NCBI GenBank assembly: GCA_964016885.1 | Contig: OZ024742.1 | Span: 122,760,001 to 122,824,000 of the forward strand | Origin: Eledone cirrhosa | Taxonomy: Eukaryota | Reading direction: 5' to 3' | Length of the DNA stretch: 64,000 nt | Shown: piece after piece, positions 13,975-25,199 of the stretch | Layout of the letters: each line of letters opens with the position of its first letter | Numbering within the stretch: the stretch's first letter is position 1 | Notes under the pieces: generated by a model | Told to the model about the DNA's origin: nothing | Seen by the model: the letters and a program-made list of their open reading frames with translations, nothing else | The model's database searches: none | Made by a program: the position numbers and the translations under genes

Positions 13975-16900
13975 GGGGCCCTTTCTGCCCGTGTGTTTGT
14001 TTGTTTATGTGTGTCCGTATACAGCGTGGTGATAATGCCACACAAGGGCCAAGTGGGATGGCGGATCCACAGATGGCTATGTAAACATACATTCGCCAAT
14101 CCTCGATAAGAGTGTTTAAATATCGAACATAAACAGTTCGAATAACGGTGAAATGGAGACTAGAACGTCATGTGACAGACTCTCACCCAACAGGTGCCCC
14201 CTGGCTCAGCAGCAGGAACCTGACTGTCAACGAAATACTGCTGATGTTGGAGGAAGAAGAAGAAGGAAAGGGGCCAGAACCAACTGGACGAAAGAATTGA
14301 ATAGAACTGTTATGCAATGCTACCTGAAAAGTAACCCCAAGGAGAGGGGCTACAGGAGACGGATGCATAACATCTGGAACGAGATTGGTTTATTTAAATT
14401 AGATGAACAAAAATTGGCCGGGCAGGCTCGGGTAATAAGAACTAATGGGTGGATAAGCGAGCTGGAACTGGAGGAACTGAGCAGAGAGAATGGCTTGGAG
14501 ATGGCGGGTGTAGTATGCCAGACAAGCGAGCCGGCGGGAAATGAAGGTGAGGAGGTCCTGAGAGCGGAGGAACCACCCGAAGCAGACAATGATCTGAATA
14601 CTGAGATAAATAATACCTGGAACAGAGATACGGCCACTGAGGAGATGAATGCTGACGGGCTAGGACAAGATTCGGTTGACATCCTAAATTTAGTGGTAGA
14701 TGAGTTGAACAATGATAGTGGGAGACCTATGAACCTAAGATTTGTAGACAGGAAAAAGTTAAAAGAAACAACAGCTAAGGTAAACAAAGTCATCCCATAC
14801 CTTGAGGCGAGGAGTCTTCACCAGTGCAACAATATCCTCAAAGCAACAGCAAATACGGTGAGGAAACTACTTGGTATAAAAGCGAGAGGAAACAACAGAC
14901 AAGAAAGAGCAGAGCCGTGGTGGAAGAAGCGACTGAGTGGGCAAATCGGGGAAATGAGAAATGACATAGGAAAGCTTGAGTCACTACTGAATGGGACACT
15001 AAAAAACATAGGCACTAAAAATAGACTGGAAATAAAATACAAAACTAGGAGTAAAAAGCTAAATATTATCATAGAGGAATTGAAGCAACGCATTGTAGCA
15101 AAGAGTGCCAAAATCAGGCGATACGAGAACAGAGTCAGTCAGTATAAACAGAACCGCATGTTCGACAACAACCAGAAGATGCTGTTTGGACAGCTTGAGG
15201 GGAAAGAAAGAGGCACCGACTTGATCCCTGGGGCGGAACAAGCTAAAACATTCTGGAGAGGAATATGGGAGCAGGATGTTAGACACAATGCCCAGGCAGG
15301 GTGGATTGAGACAGTACAGAGGGAGATCGGTGAGCAGGCACAGCAACAGACTGATTTGAGTATCACAGTTGAAACTCTTAAGGGGCAAGCCAAAAAACTA
15401 ACCAACTGGAAATCACCAGGCCCAGATGGTGTGCAGGGGTATTGGATTAAACATTTAACATCCCTCCACCCGAAGCTGACGGCCATGTTCAATGACTGCT
15501 TGGTGTCGGGTGAGGTGCCAGAGTGGTTGACAAAAGGTACCACAGTTCTGATAATGAAAGACCGAATCAAGGGTAATGATGTTACCAACTATAGACCTAT
15601 CACATGTCTGCCCGTAATGTGGAAACTGTTGACGAGCATTGTGTCTGAGGAAATCTACCATCACCTCCACACAAACAACTTGTTGCCGGACGAACAGAAA
15701 GGATGCCGAAAGAAGTCACGTGGTACAAAGGACCAGTTGCTTATTGATAAGATGGTAATGGGGAATTGCAGGAGGAGACACACTGATCTTGCCATGGGAT
15801 GGATAGACTACAGAAAGGCATTTGACATGGTGCCTCATTCCTGGATCACCAAAAGCCTGGAGATCTTCAGGGTGGCAGATAACATCAGAGAGTTGCTGGG
15901 CAGGAGTATGGGGTCCTGGGAGACAGAGTTGACATCAACTGGAGTATCCTTGGGAAGCGTGAAGATCAAGAGAGGTATCTTCCAGGGAGATAGCCTGTCC
16001 CCTCTGTTGTTTGTCCTTGCCCTGATGCCCTTGACCATTATGCTGCGAAAAGTGAGAGCAGGATACAAGTTGGGAAGGGGAGAGCTTACCATCAATCACC
16101 TCCTCTTCATGGACGATCTTAAGCTCTTCGGGAAAAGTGAGAAGGAGTTGGATGTGCTTGTTGACACTGTCCGTATTTTCAGCAGTGATATATGTATGCA
16201 GTTTGGTATTGGTAAATGTGGAGTCATTGTGATGAGGAGGGGTAGGTTGAGCAGAAGTAACGGGATCCAGATACCAACAGGTGAGATGATAAAGGAAATT
16301 GACTCTGAGGAAGGATACAAGTATTTGGGCGTTCTGGAGGCTGATGGCATAAAGAACAAAAAAATGAAGGAATTGTTAAGAACTGAATACATTCGGAGAG
16401 TAAGGAGCGTATTGAAGTCACATCTGAACAGCAGAAATGCCATAAGCGCAGTAAATTCCCGAGCTGTGTCTATTATTAGGTACAGTGCGGGAATTCTGAG
16501 ATGGAATGTTGCTGAACAAAAAGAAATGGATAGGAAGACTAGGAAGCTATTGACTATCTACAACATGTTCCACAAGAGGAGTGATGTCGATAGACTCTAC
16601 CTAAGGAGATCTGAGGGTGGAAGAGGTCTTATCAGCATAGAGGACTGTGTTCAGATGGAGAAAAACAACCTATACAAATACGTGACCTATAGTAAGGAGC
16701 CAATGCTCAGAGCTGTACTGAAGGAGGGGAGAGTAGGCCAGGGGATACCCAAGGAGGAAATAACATCAAGGAGGAAGAGCAGCCTTAAGGGAAAATCCCT
16801 TCATAGTACCTTCTTTGAGAAAACTGAATTTAGAGATCCACAGACATGGAACTGGTTGAGAAGAGGAGACCTCAAAAAGGCTACAGAAGGAATGCTAATG

Positions 16901-17655
16901 GCTGCGCAGGAGCAGGCCCTCAAAACGAAGTGGTTGAAGCACCATATCTACAAGGAGGAGGCTAGCCCACTGTGCAGGATCTGTGGAGAGAGAGAGGAGA
17001 CTGTGGCTCACATTGTGTCCGAGTGTAAACACCTAGCCCAGACCCACTATAAGGGCTGGAGACACGATGTGATGGGCAGGGTGATCCACTGGCACCTGTG
17101 CAAAGTAAACAATCTACCACATTCTGAGAAATGGTATGAGCATAGGCCAGAGGCGGTGATGGAGAACAGTCAGGTGAAGGTGCTGTGGGATTTTAGGATA
17201 CAGACGGACAAAAAACTGGAACACAATAGACCTGACCTGGTGGTTGTGGACAAAGAAAAAAGATCGTGCCTGATTGTGGATGTGGCCTGCCCGTTCGACA
17301 CGAGAGTGCAAGAGAAGGAGAGGGAGAAAATTAACCGATACCAGGACCTAAAGTGGGAGGTGAAAAGGATTTGGAACTGCCATGAAGTCAAAGTGATCCC
17401 GATTGTCATAGGCGCACTGGGGACTATCTCCAAAGGTTTCCAGGGATGGTTAAAGAAAATCGGCCCCTTCACGCTTTTTGGAACGCTTCAAAAGGCATGC
17501 TTGCTTGGAACGGCAAGAACCCTCCGATACGTCCTGAATATCTGAGGCTGCAGGTAGTGGCTTGATATTCAATCCAACGGACTTTCCAGTTAACCAACAT
17601 CAATGACTGAGATTCAAGGAATAACAATAACAATAATAATAATAATAATAATAAT
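13975..17655 (+). mobile_element. Apparently full-length R4/Dong-like retrotransposon ending in (AAT)n
   Basis: Intact ORF, ~75-bp 3' UTR, then (AAC/AAT)n at 17621-17655. The 5' boundary is approximate. Confidence 0.85.
14153..17545 (+). CDS. R4/Dong-clade non-LTR retrotransposon protein: reverse transcriptase + CCHC zinc knuckle + restriction-like (PD-D/ExK) endonuclease
   Basis: Uninterrupted 1130-aa ORF with KSPGPDG, NYRPITCL, GIFQGDSLSP, LFMDDLK, YKYLG, CRICGEREETVAHIVSEC, RHD and RPDLVVVDK..IVDVACP..EKINRY; no APE domain. Confidence 0.95.
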   Translation: METRTSCDRLSPNRCPLAQQQEPDCQRNTADVGGRRRRKGARTNWTKELNRTVMQCYLKSNPKERGYRRRMHNIWNEIGLFKLDEQKLAGQARVIRTNGWISELELEELSRENGLEMAGVVCQTSEPAGNEGEEVLRAEEPPEADNDLNTEINNTWNRDTATEEMNADGLGQDSVDILNLVVDELNNDSGRPMNLRFVDRKKLKETTAKVNKVIPYLEARSLHQCNNILKATANTVRKLLGIKARGNNRQERAEPWWKKRLSGQIGEMRNDIGKLESLLNGTLKNIGTKNRLEIKYKTRSKKLNIIIEELKQRIVAKSAKIRRYENRVSQYKQNRMFDNNQKMLFGQLEGKERGTDLIPGAEQAKTFWRGIWEQDVRHNAQAGWIETVQREIGEQAQQQTDLSITVETLKGQAKKLTNWKSPGPDGVQGYWIKHLTSLHPKLTAMFNDCLVSGEVPEWLTKGTTVLIMKDRIKGNDVTNYRPITCLPVMWKLLTSIVSEEIYHHLHTNNLLPDEQKGCRKKSRGTKDQLLIDKMVMGNCRRRHTDLAMGWIDYRKAFDMVPHSWITKSLEIFRVADNIRELLGRSMGSWETELTSTGVSLGSVKIKRGIFQGDSLSPLLFVLALMPLTIMLRKVRAGYKLGRGELTINHLLFMDDLKLFGKSEKELDVLVDTVRIFSSDICMQFGIGKCGVIVMRRGRLSRSNGIQIPTGEMIKEIDSEEGYKYLGVLEADGIKNKKMKELLRTEYIRRVRSVLKSHLNSRNAISAVNSRAVSIIRYSAGILRWNVAEQKEMDRKTRKLLTIYNMFHKRSDVDRLYLRRSEGGRGLISIEDCVQMEKNNLYKYVTYSKEPMLRAVLKEGRVGQGIPKEEITSRRKSSLKGKSLHSTFFEKTEFRDPQTWNWLRRGDLKKATEGMLMAAQEQALKTKWLKHHIYKEEASPLCRICGEREETVAHIVSECKHLAQTHYKGWRHDVMGRVIHWHLCKVNNLPHSEKWYEHRPEAVMENSQVKVLWDFRIQTDKKLEHNRPDLVVVDKEKRSCLIVDVACPFDTRVQEKEREKINRYQDLKWEVKRIWNCHEVKVIPIVIGALGTISKGFQGWLKKIGPFTLFGTLQKACLLGTARTLRYVLNI

Positions 17656-18484
17656 CAGTGGTTGGCATCCTCTGGACTGAAATCGGAGACTGTAGGACTG
17701 ATTATATCGGCACAAGATCAGTGTCTGCCAACAAAAAATTACCAAGCCAACATAATAAAAAATGGGTGCAGCCCATTATGCCGTGTATGCAAAAAACATC
17801 CAGAGAACATTGACCATATAATTTCAATGTGCAGTCCTATAGCTCCAACCGAATACCTCAACAGGCATGACAGAGCTGCACAATACATACATTGGATAAT
17901 GTGTAAGCATTTTGACCTGCCCCATCAAAAGAATTGGTGGGAGCATCAACCACCTCCCATACTTGAAAAAGATCACATCTCAATCTTGTGGAACTTTAGC
18001 ATCCAAACAGACCGAAAAATAGATGCAAATAGACCTGATATAATATTGAAGGACTTTCAAAGGAGGGTATGCCTGCTAATTGATATGTCTGTTCCAGTAG
18101 ACAAGAATGTATCTATAAAAACATTTGAAAAATTGAGCAAGTATAAAGACCTGGAGATAGAAATTGGAAAATGTGGAAATTGAGAACTAAAACAATACCA
18201 GTGGTTGTAGGCACTCTGGGAATGATACCTAAGGGGTCTAACGACTACTTATCGCAAATCCCAGGAAACCCGCGTATAGGAGAAATACAAAAGATAGTAC
18301 TAATGGGAACTGCCCATATACTAAGGAAGATCCTGTCAATATAAGTACATCACAAGTCTAAACACTAAGGATGCATGTGTGAATATGTATGTTCTTTCTT
18401 GAACATGGCGGACCTTGTTGTCTCTTGAGGTCACTGGTTGTGACTTGGTGATAACTCGTATGAACATAAAGCAAGATAAATGCA

Positions 18485-18515
<31 letters not shown>
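17656..18515 (+). mobile_element. 5'-truncated, frameshifted R4/Dong-like element of a second family, flanked by (AAT)n
   Basis: ORF 17662-18183 has AQDQCL, CRVC..H..HIISMC, RHD, RPDIILKD..LIDMSVP..EKLSKYKDL. It continues in another frame (IPVVVGTLG...GTAHILRKILSI*) to 18344, then (AAT)n at 18486. Confidence 0.9.
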
Positions 18516-18563
<48 letters not shown>

Positions 18564-19449
18564 CGACGACGATGACGACCTTCATACAGCATAATAATCC
18601 CCTTTTATGATGATAAAATTTGAAATGTAAACAAAGGCTTCATATTCCATTACATGACAACCACCTCTAGAGCTTTTCACTAGCTTCCATATAGGCATAG
18701 TATACACGGTAAATTCCCCACAGTAAATAACCAATTGCACAACATTTGCCTGAGACAGCGACTAATGTTTGGCTTATTAGATTTAACAATAAAATATTGA
18801 AACAATGATGAATCATCCAAGAGCCAGATTTCATTCAAATTTTCGCTAAAGGTCTTATTGGAAAGCAACGTTAAATAATTAACTCCTAGATCCACCGTTT
18901 CAATAAATGGTACCACAAAATAATTCATATCTCTACACGTTTACGGTTGACCCGGGCCTACACAACAATGCAAAGGAAATAACGATTTCTTTTGCCACTC
19001 TTTCGTAGTTATGACCTGTCTAGAACTTATATCTTTCAGAAATATTTCACCTTCATATTTAATGCCTTGCGTTACAAACTTTGTAAAGATTTGTAAACGT
19101 TCAAATATAGTATTGAAAAGTTATCGGGCCGCCGCTACATACAGCATCTTTGCTCTTTGACAAATATTAGAAAACCACCAAAGAATACTGGAGCAAAATA
19201 ACCAATGAATTATTCATGATGTCTTCGAAATATGTTCGATGTTTATATGAATAAAATCATAGTCACTTACAAATATTCAATATGGCTATATTTGTGCCAT
19301 ATACAACAAACTCTTTACATTGGTGCCTGGAATGAGTGAGGAAGTTTCCAACTTTTAGAAACCGTATTCTTAGTCTTTTTTATGATCACCACCCTTCCTA
19401 CTACTCTATCCATATTTCTATATCTATCTGTCTGTCAATCAGCACCCCA

Positions 19450-19603
<154 letters not shown>

Positions 19604-21393
19604 CAGTATTTGAGTGTGTGCGTGTTTGTATGTGTGTGTGAATCTGTGTGAACGCATGGATATATATATCAATGATATACACACACATATACCTATGTAC
19701 CTGTGTGTGTGTATGTATCATTAATATATATATGCAGGCATTCATATAGACTCACACACACATACATATATATCTGTGTGTGCGATGCCCGCCTTGACAA
19801 GTTTTGCTCAATGACCGAAAGAGTTAAAATAATCAAAATAATTTAAAAAATTCATTATTCAGAGCTATATAAAATAAAAATTGTGAAGAAATAATAGTAA
19901 AAATTATACCTACTTGTTCTTCAAAGTCCCGACTGCAGTTTCGCCAAATTGCGTTGCAGTAAATTATGCACTATAGAAGTGCACCATGAGAGTGGGTTAG
20001 TAAGGCTTATCAAGCGACCGCTCAGTTAGTGGAATGTTACTTGACCCGATGGTAACAAATGAAAACTTCTCGAGAGGCGGTCACAGTAGGGAGGTAAAGG
20101 TGGACGTTAAGCGAGTACCGTATTTGCTAGAAAAAGCAGTTATCACCCACCTGGTAAACTCGACCATAAGGGAGTTTGGAGAAATATAGTAATGATAACA
20201 CACACACACACAGATACATAGGTGTGTGCATGCACGCCTTGACCAGGAAATAATGGTCAAATGTATACCTATTTTTTCTTCAAAGTCCCGACTGCAGTTT
20301 AGTCGAATTGCTTTGCAGTATTTTTTATGCACTATAGTAGTAGTAGTAGTAGTAGTTGTTGTTGTTGTTGTTGTTGTTGATGTGTTGTAAAAGAATTAGT
20401 GAATTACTTCTAGCTAAATGCTTCGATTTCGCAGCTACACATGTTTAGCACAAACCCTTGTAATATTTATTGAAAGGTTTTCTGTAATTTAGACTCGACT
20501 AATATATATAATAACATAGTCTTTTAACATACAACGAATAACAGCAACAATAAAAAAGTTATTTTGAAAGAAATCAGCTATTTCTAATGAGCGTAAGTGA
20601 GAAAATCCTAACTATAACATTTTATTTTTTACATCCCCTCTGAGGTCCTAAAAGGAGTGTGATAATTAATTAAGATATTAGATGTTTTTTTTTCTTTAAA
20701 CACGTAACACGGATTAACGATGATTGATTCGTATACCAAACACGTGAATATGTCGATTTTCATTAGTATATTTTGGATAATCATATCTAATTTGATTTAT
20801 TCAAATAATTTATTAGGAAATGTAATTTTCACCAACACAAAAAAAAAAAGAGGAATGAAGAAGCATCAACATATTATCGGATATGATGTACAATAACTAC
20901 TAGTAGAAATAGTAGTCTTCATGAGTAATCCATAAAGTTTGTATGTATAATATTAGCAATGCGTCCCATTGTACACAATATTTCTGCCGCAGTAGATCGA
21001 TTTAAGCTATAAACTTCTAATGTACCACTAGAAAATATGCAAGTCCAATAAAACTTCACGCTTTTATTTTATCATTTATCTTTGTCAGTCTTTCCAGTCC
21101 AAGCTCTTACAAGATTCAATCTCACTCCCTCGGATTAGTATGGACATTTATTTCGTAGTTTATTCAAGTCTTTGGCTATGTTAATTTATTGAAATTAAAA
21201 TATTGAAATGAAGATGCAGTTTAGATTGTAGTAGATTCAATAAGTGAGTAGCAGGGAGAGGGGAATAGAGACATAGAAAGTGAATGTTATAGAGATGAAG
21301 CGAAAAGAAAGAGTTTGACAAATATACACTCACACTTACACATATACATTTATATCTATATAAGTATTTATGTCTCTCTATCTCTCTCTCTCT

Positions 21394-21438
<45 letters not shown>

Positions 21439-22104
21439 AACACACACTCACAGACAAACACACATACACATACACACATACACAAATACATGCACCCCCG
21501 GCCATGTGTATATATATATGTATATGTAAATGTATTTATATATATATATATAAATATATATATATATAGGAAAAGAGTTAGGACCCCGACGGCTGAGCTC
21601 CGGCCGTTGTGACATGTGAATGGCCCAGGTACATCGGCCAATTATGATAAAAGACAGGACGATCTCATCAGGTAACATCAGGGGCTACCTTTTCACACTA
21701 CAACTGAGTTTTTACAGGCAATCCCTAGGTCGAATTTTCATGTTTCAATTTCCTATTCTCTTTGTTCTATCTTCCATGATAAGATTGGGTTCAAAGTAAC
21801 CCTTTTATGCAATTCTCTCGAAGTTACTGATCAGGTCGTCCTGTCTTGTATCATAATAGGATGCTGTAGCAGGGCCATTGAAATATGTATAGTGGTTTCA
21901 CGGAATTAAAATTCTAAAGCATATCTTCCAGTCCGGGCTTCTGATGTCGTTATATAAAAGCTCCAATCCTGCGCCAACCACTAGTTATCACATCTATGAT
22001 GGATGAATTGCATAACGTTGAATGCTTTGATTGATTTGTTACATCATGATTTGCATACCAGAACCACCAGTTCTACCCTTTGGTAATCAAAATAACTTAA
22101 AGGG

Positions 22105-22182
<78 letters not shown>

Positions 22183-22186
<4 letters not shown>

Positions 22187-22390
22187 AACGAGTAGGACCC
22201 CGACGGCTGAGCTCAAGCCGTTTCGACGGCTAATTCTGGACTAAATTTAGTCCAGAATTAACCGTCGAAACGGCTTGAGCTCAGTCGTCGGGGTCCTACT
22301 CGTTCCTATTACCCCACTCAACTACCCTAAGTATTGAGTACTTTGGTGCGTGATGGTTCACCTGGTTCCTTACCACATTTCCTTCGTTAT
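22183..22390. repeat. Spacer-less ~126-bp palindrome made of PLE terminal repeat family B
   Basis: taggaacgagtaggacccc...ctaaa|tttag...ggggtcctactcgttccta centred at 22245/22246. Same family as 48652, 60236 and 62330. Confidence 0.9.
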
Positions 22391-22392
22391 AA

Positions 22393-22525
<133 letters not shown>

Positions 22526-22657
22526 AAAACTCATATTTGTCCATTTATCTGCGGGTTCTAAACCACATTATCAGACTAAAACATTTCTTTAGTCAAAATA
22601 CGGTGAAAGCTATTCTATTTTCTAATTTCAAACCTGCTCACTGTTTCAAAACATACT

Positions 22658-22712
<55 letters not shown>

Positions 22713-22718
<6 letters not shown>

Positions 22719-23132
22719 TAAAATAACAGATTAAAGTTTAAGCAAAGAATCGCTGCTTTCACCCTTAACGGGATCTTCTGAAACTAACAAAGTCAATCTG
22801 TAAACGCAGAACTGGATATTTAAAAAAACGTTGCAACCGGAGGAAGACAGGAAGACGATACTTTGGTTCGTGGAAACGTTCGCTGGCAAAGAACGAGAAA
22901 AAAAGAATATAATTGTTTCTACTTTAGGCACAAGGCCAGCAATTACCCAGTGCATTACTGGTACTTTATTTTATCGACCCCGTAAGGATGAAAAAAAAGA
23001 ATATAATACGTCATTAATAGGAGCGGTGAAAAACAATTACGCGCGAAGACAGAACCACGTTTATGGTATAAGAGAGGTCGTAGACTAATGTTCTCTCAGG
23101 TGATTCATAGGGACGTTCTCTAGCAATGAACG
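22713..23132 (-). mobile_element. Repeat family A copy interrupted by a SINE fragment
   Basis: Reverse complement of ~808-1133 with a SINE insert at ~22914-22990. Confidence 0.85.
22914..22990 (-). mobile_element. 5'-truncated tRNA-SINE with target-site duplication
   Basis: SINE 3' body flanked on both sides by aaaaaaagaatataat. Confidence 0.85.
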
Positions 23133-23467
23133 AAAAAAACGAGGATAATACGTCATATGTGGAGCGTGGAGAACAATAGCACGCAAACACAAAACCACGT
23201 CGTAGACTAAAATTCTAACTAGGAGACCGAATGAATCTCCGCTACACAGTTAAGAACAAAGTAAATAAATACAATACAGAAGTAAAATAAATAAATAAAT
23301 GCATACACGCAAACAAATACGTACATACAGAAGCATACGCAAAACACTTACCATAGGTATACAAAACCACGCACATATAAATATGTGTGTGTGTATGTGT
23401 GTATACAAATAAATAAATAATTATATAAACGTATATAAATAAATAAATACGTATATAACAAGCGCAC

Positions 23468-23930
23468 ACTAGGATCTCCCAGTGTAACTTATATTGGGTG
23501 TGGTTGTCTTTTAGACTCCAGATATAAGCTGAAAGTGACGTCATATTCCTTCTTAGAGAATAACGAAAAGAATGGGTATGCATGTAAAGAAGCTGCTTGA
23601 ATCTATTGGCGGCTAACTCTATGTAGGCCCTACGGGACGTAGGTGTTACAACCTTACATTTGTAGAAAATGTTACTATAGAGGCATTTCCCGCATAGGGG
23701 CAATCAACCTGAATCCTAGAATTACAGTTAGTACTAACTACAGTGTTGCACGTGTTCCTACGGCTAGGTAGTTTAGCTAAATTTGAAGCTGTGATGTTAT
23801 GTGCAAGGTTAGGAGTCGTAGAGTAAGACATTTTTATAGTATTTCTATTAAAAATTTTACTATATTTAAGTGTAGGGGGAAAATGGTTCGTAATAAGGGA
23901 AAGAAAGATCTTAGCTAATGGTGTGGCCAC
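23468..23930 (-). pseudogene. Penelope-like element linker + GIY-YIG endonuclease remnant (frameshifted)
   Basis: ORFs 23646-23969 and 23242-23703 give FLSLITNHFPP..KIFNRNTIKMSYSTTPN...CN.R..DCP|LCGKCL..NIFYKC....YIELA.NRFK...H..SFR....TSLSAYIWSLKD....WEIL, typical of PLE C-termini. Confidence 0.85.
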
Positions 23931-24009
23931 CTCCTTCGCGGCGGTTATGACGGAGTATTTATCGAACATTTCGACAGCATGTATAAATCGACCAGATATA
24001 CAGTCAACT

Positions 24010-24054
<45 letters not shown>

Positions 24055-24124
24055 TTAATATAGATGAGATTCTACAGGACTAGAACTGTTTCATGTGGTT
24101 ACCTCCGATTCAACCCGGAATAAC

Positions 24125-24265
<141 letters not shown>

Positions 24266-24330
24266 AAGACTCAGAATTTCGCTTAAATAAAATAAATATA
24301 TACATATGTATGTGCGTGTGTGTGTGTGTG

Positions 24331-24391
<61 letters not shown>

Positions 24392-25199
24392 ATACGGAAG
24401 CATCTACAACAGGAAGAGCCGCTCCTAAATTTCAGCACAATAGCGGATTTACTCAATGACAGTATCTCATCAACACTTTTTCATTCACGACTTTTACTGA
24501 ATAGGTTAAGTGACAAATCCCAGCAAACACCACACTTATCATCATCATCATCATCATCATCATCATTGCTACCATCGTCTTTTCTCCCCCCTCAACTATT
24601 ACGAAACCACTACTTTCTTTCCCTCAATCCTACAGTAATATAAAACAAAAAAAAACTGTTAAAGTCTATGAAGCAGAACGCACCTCCCGCGGCACGAATA
24701 AGAAACCCACAAATATTCCATTTTTCACTACGCCAGAGGCTCTGCACACGCAGTGACTGCATAATCGCTCATCTACCTGGGACAAAACGCACAATCCATA
24801 TGAACACTCCCAGACAAACCCGAAGCACACATCCCACAATGATATCAGAACCACCAAATACTAAATCTAACGCTAAAACACGCGTAACTCGGAATCCTAA
24901 AATATGCCGTTGTTCCCAACGTAAGGGACGGTATCTGCAGCATAACTGGCCCTTTACTCATCTTCCAGGGACTCGACGCACTAACAGAAATGGTGCTCCA
25001 AGCCAACACATAACCCACAATAGATTCGTCGCTGCTGCAGTAATGCTGATCCAGACTTCTCACGAAGGTAGAAAAGCCCCCCCCCCCCCCCCCCAAAAAA
25101 AAAAACGACCAAAAGTGGAAAGCACAATCTAATCCAACAGTGCAACAACACCTCTAGTCTAAACAAAGGAATTCTTTTTTAGCCATGATGAAATTAGCG

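Noticed and set aside
14183-17472. Multiple minus-strand ORFs overlapping the Dong-like ORF, and antisense ORFs over the Tx1-like LINEs
   Set aside because: Shadow ORFs of real coding sequence; no motifs.
18680-19330. Possible host exon or ORF on the minus strand, also 28234-28578 and 43597-44187
   Set aside because: No recognisable domain or supportable splice structure.
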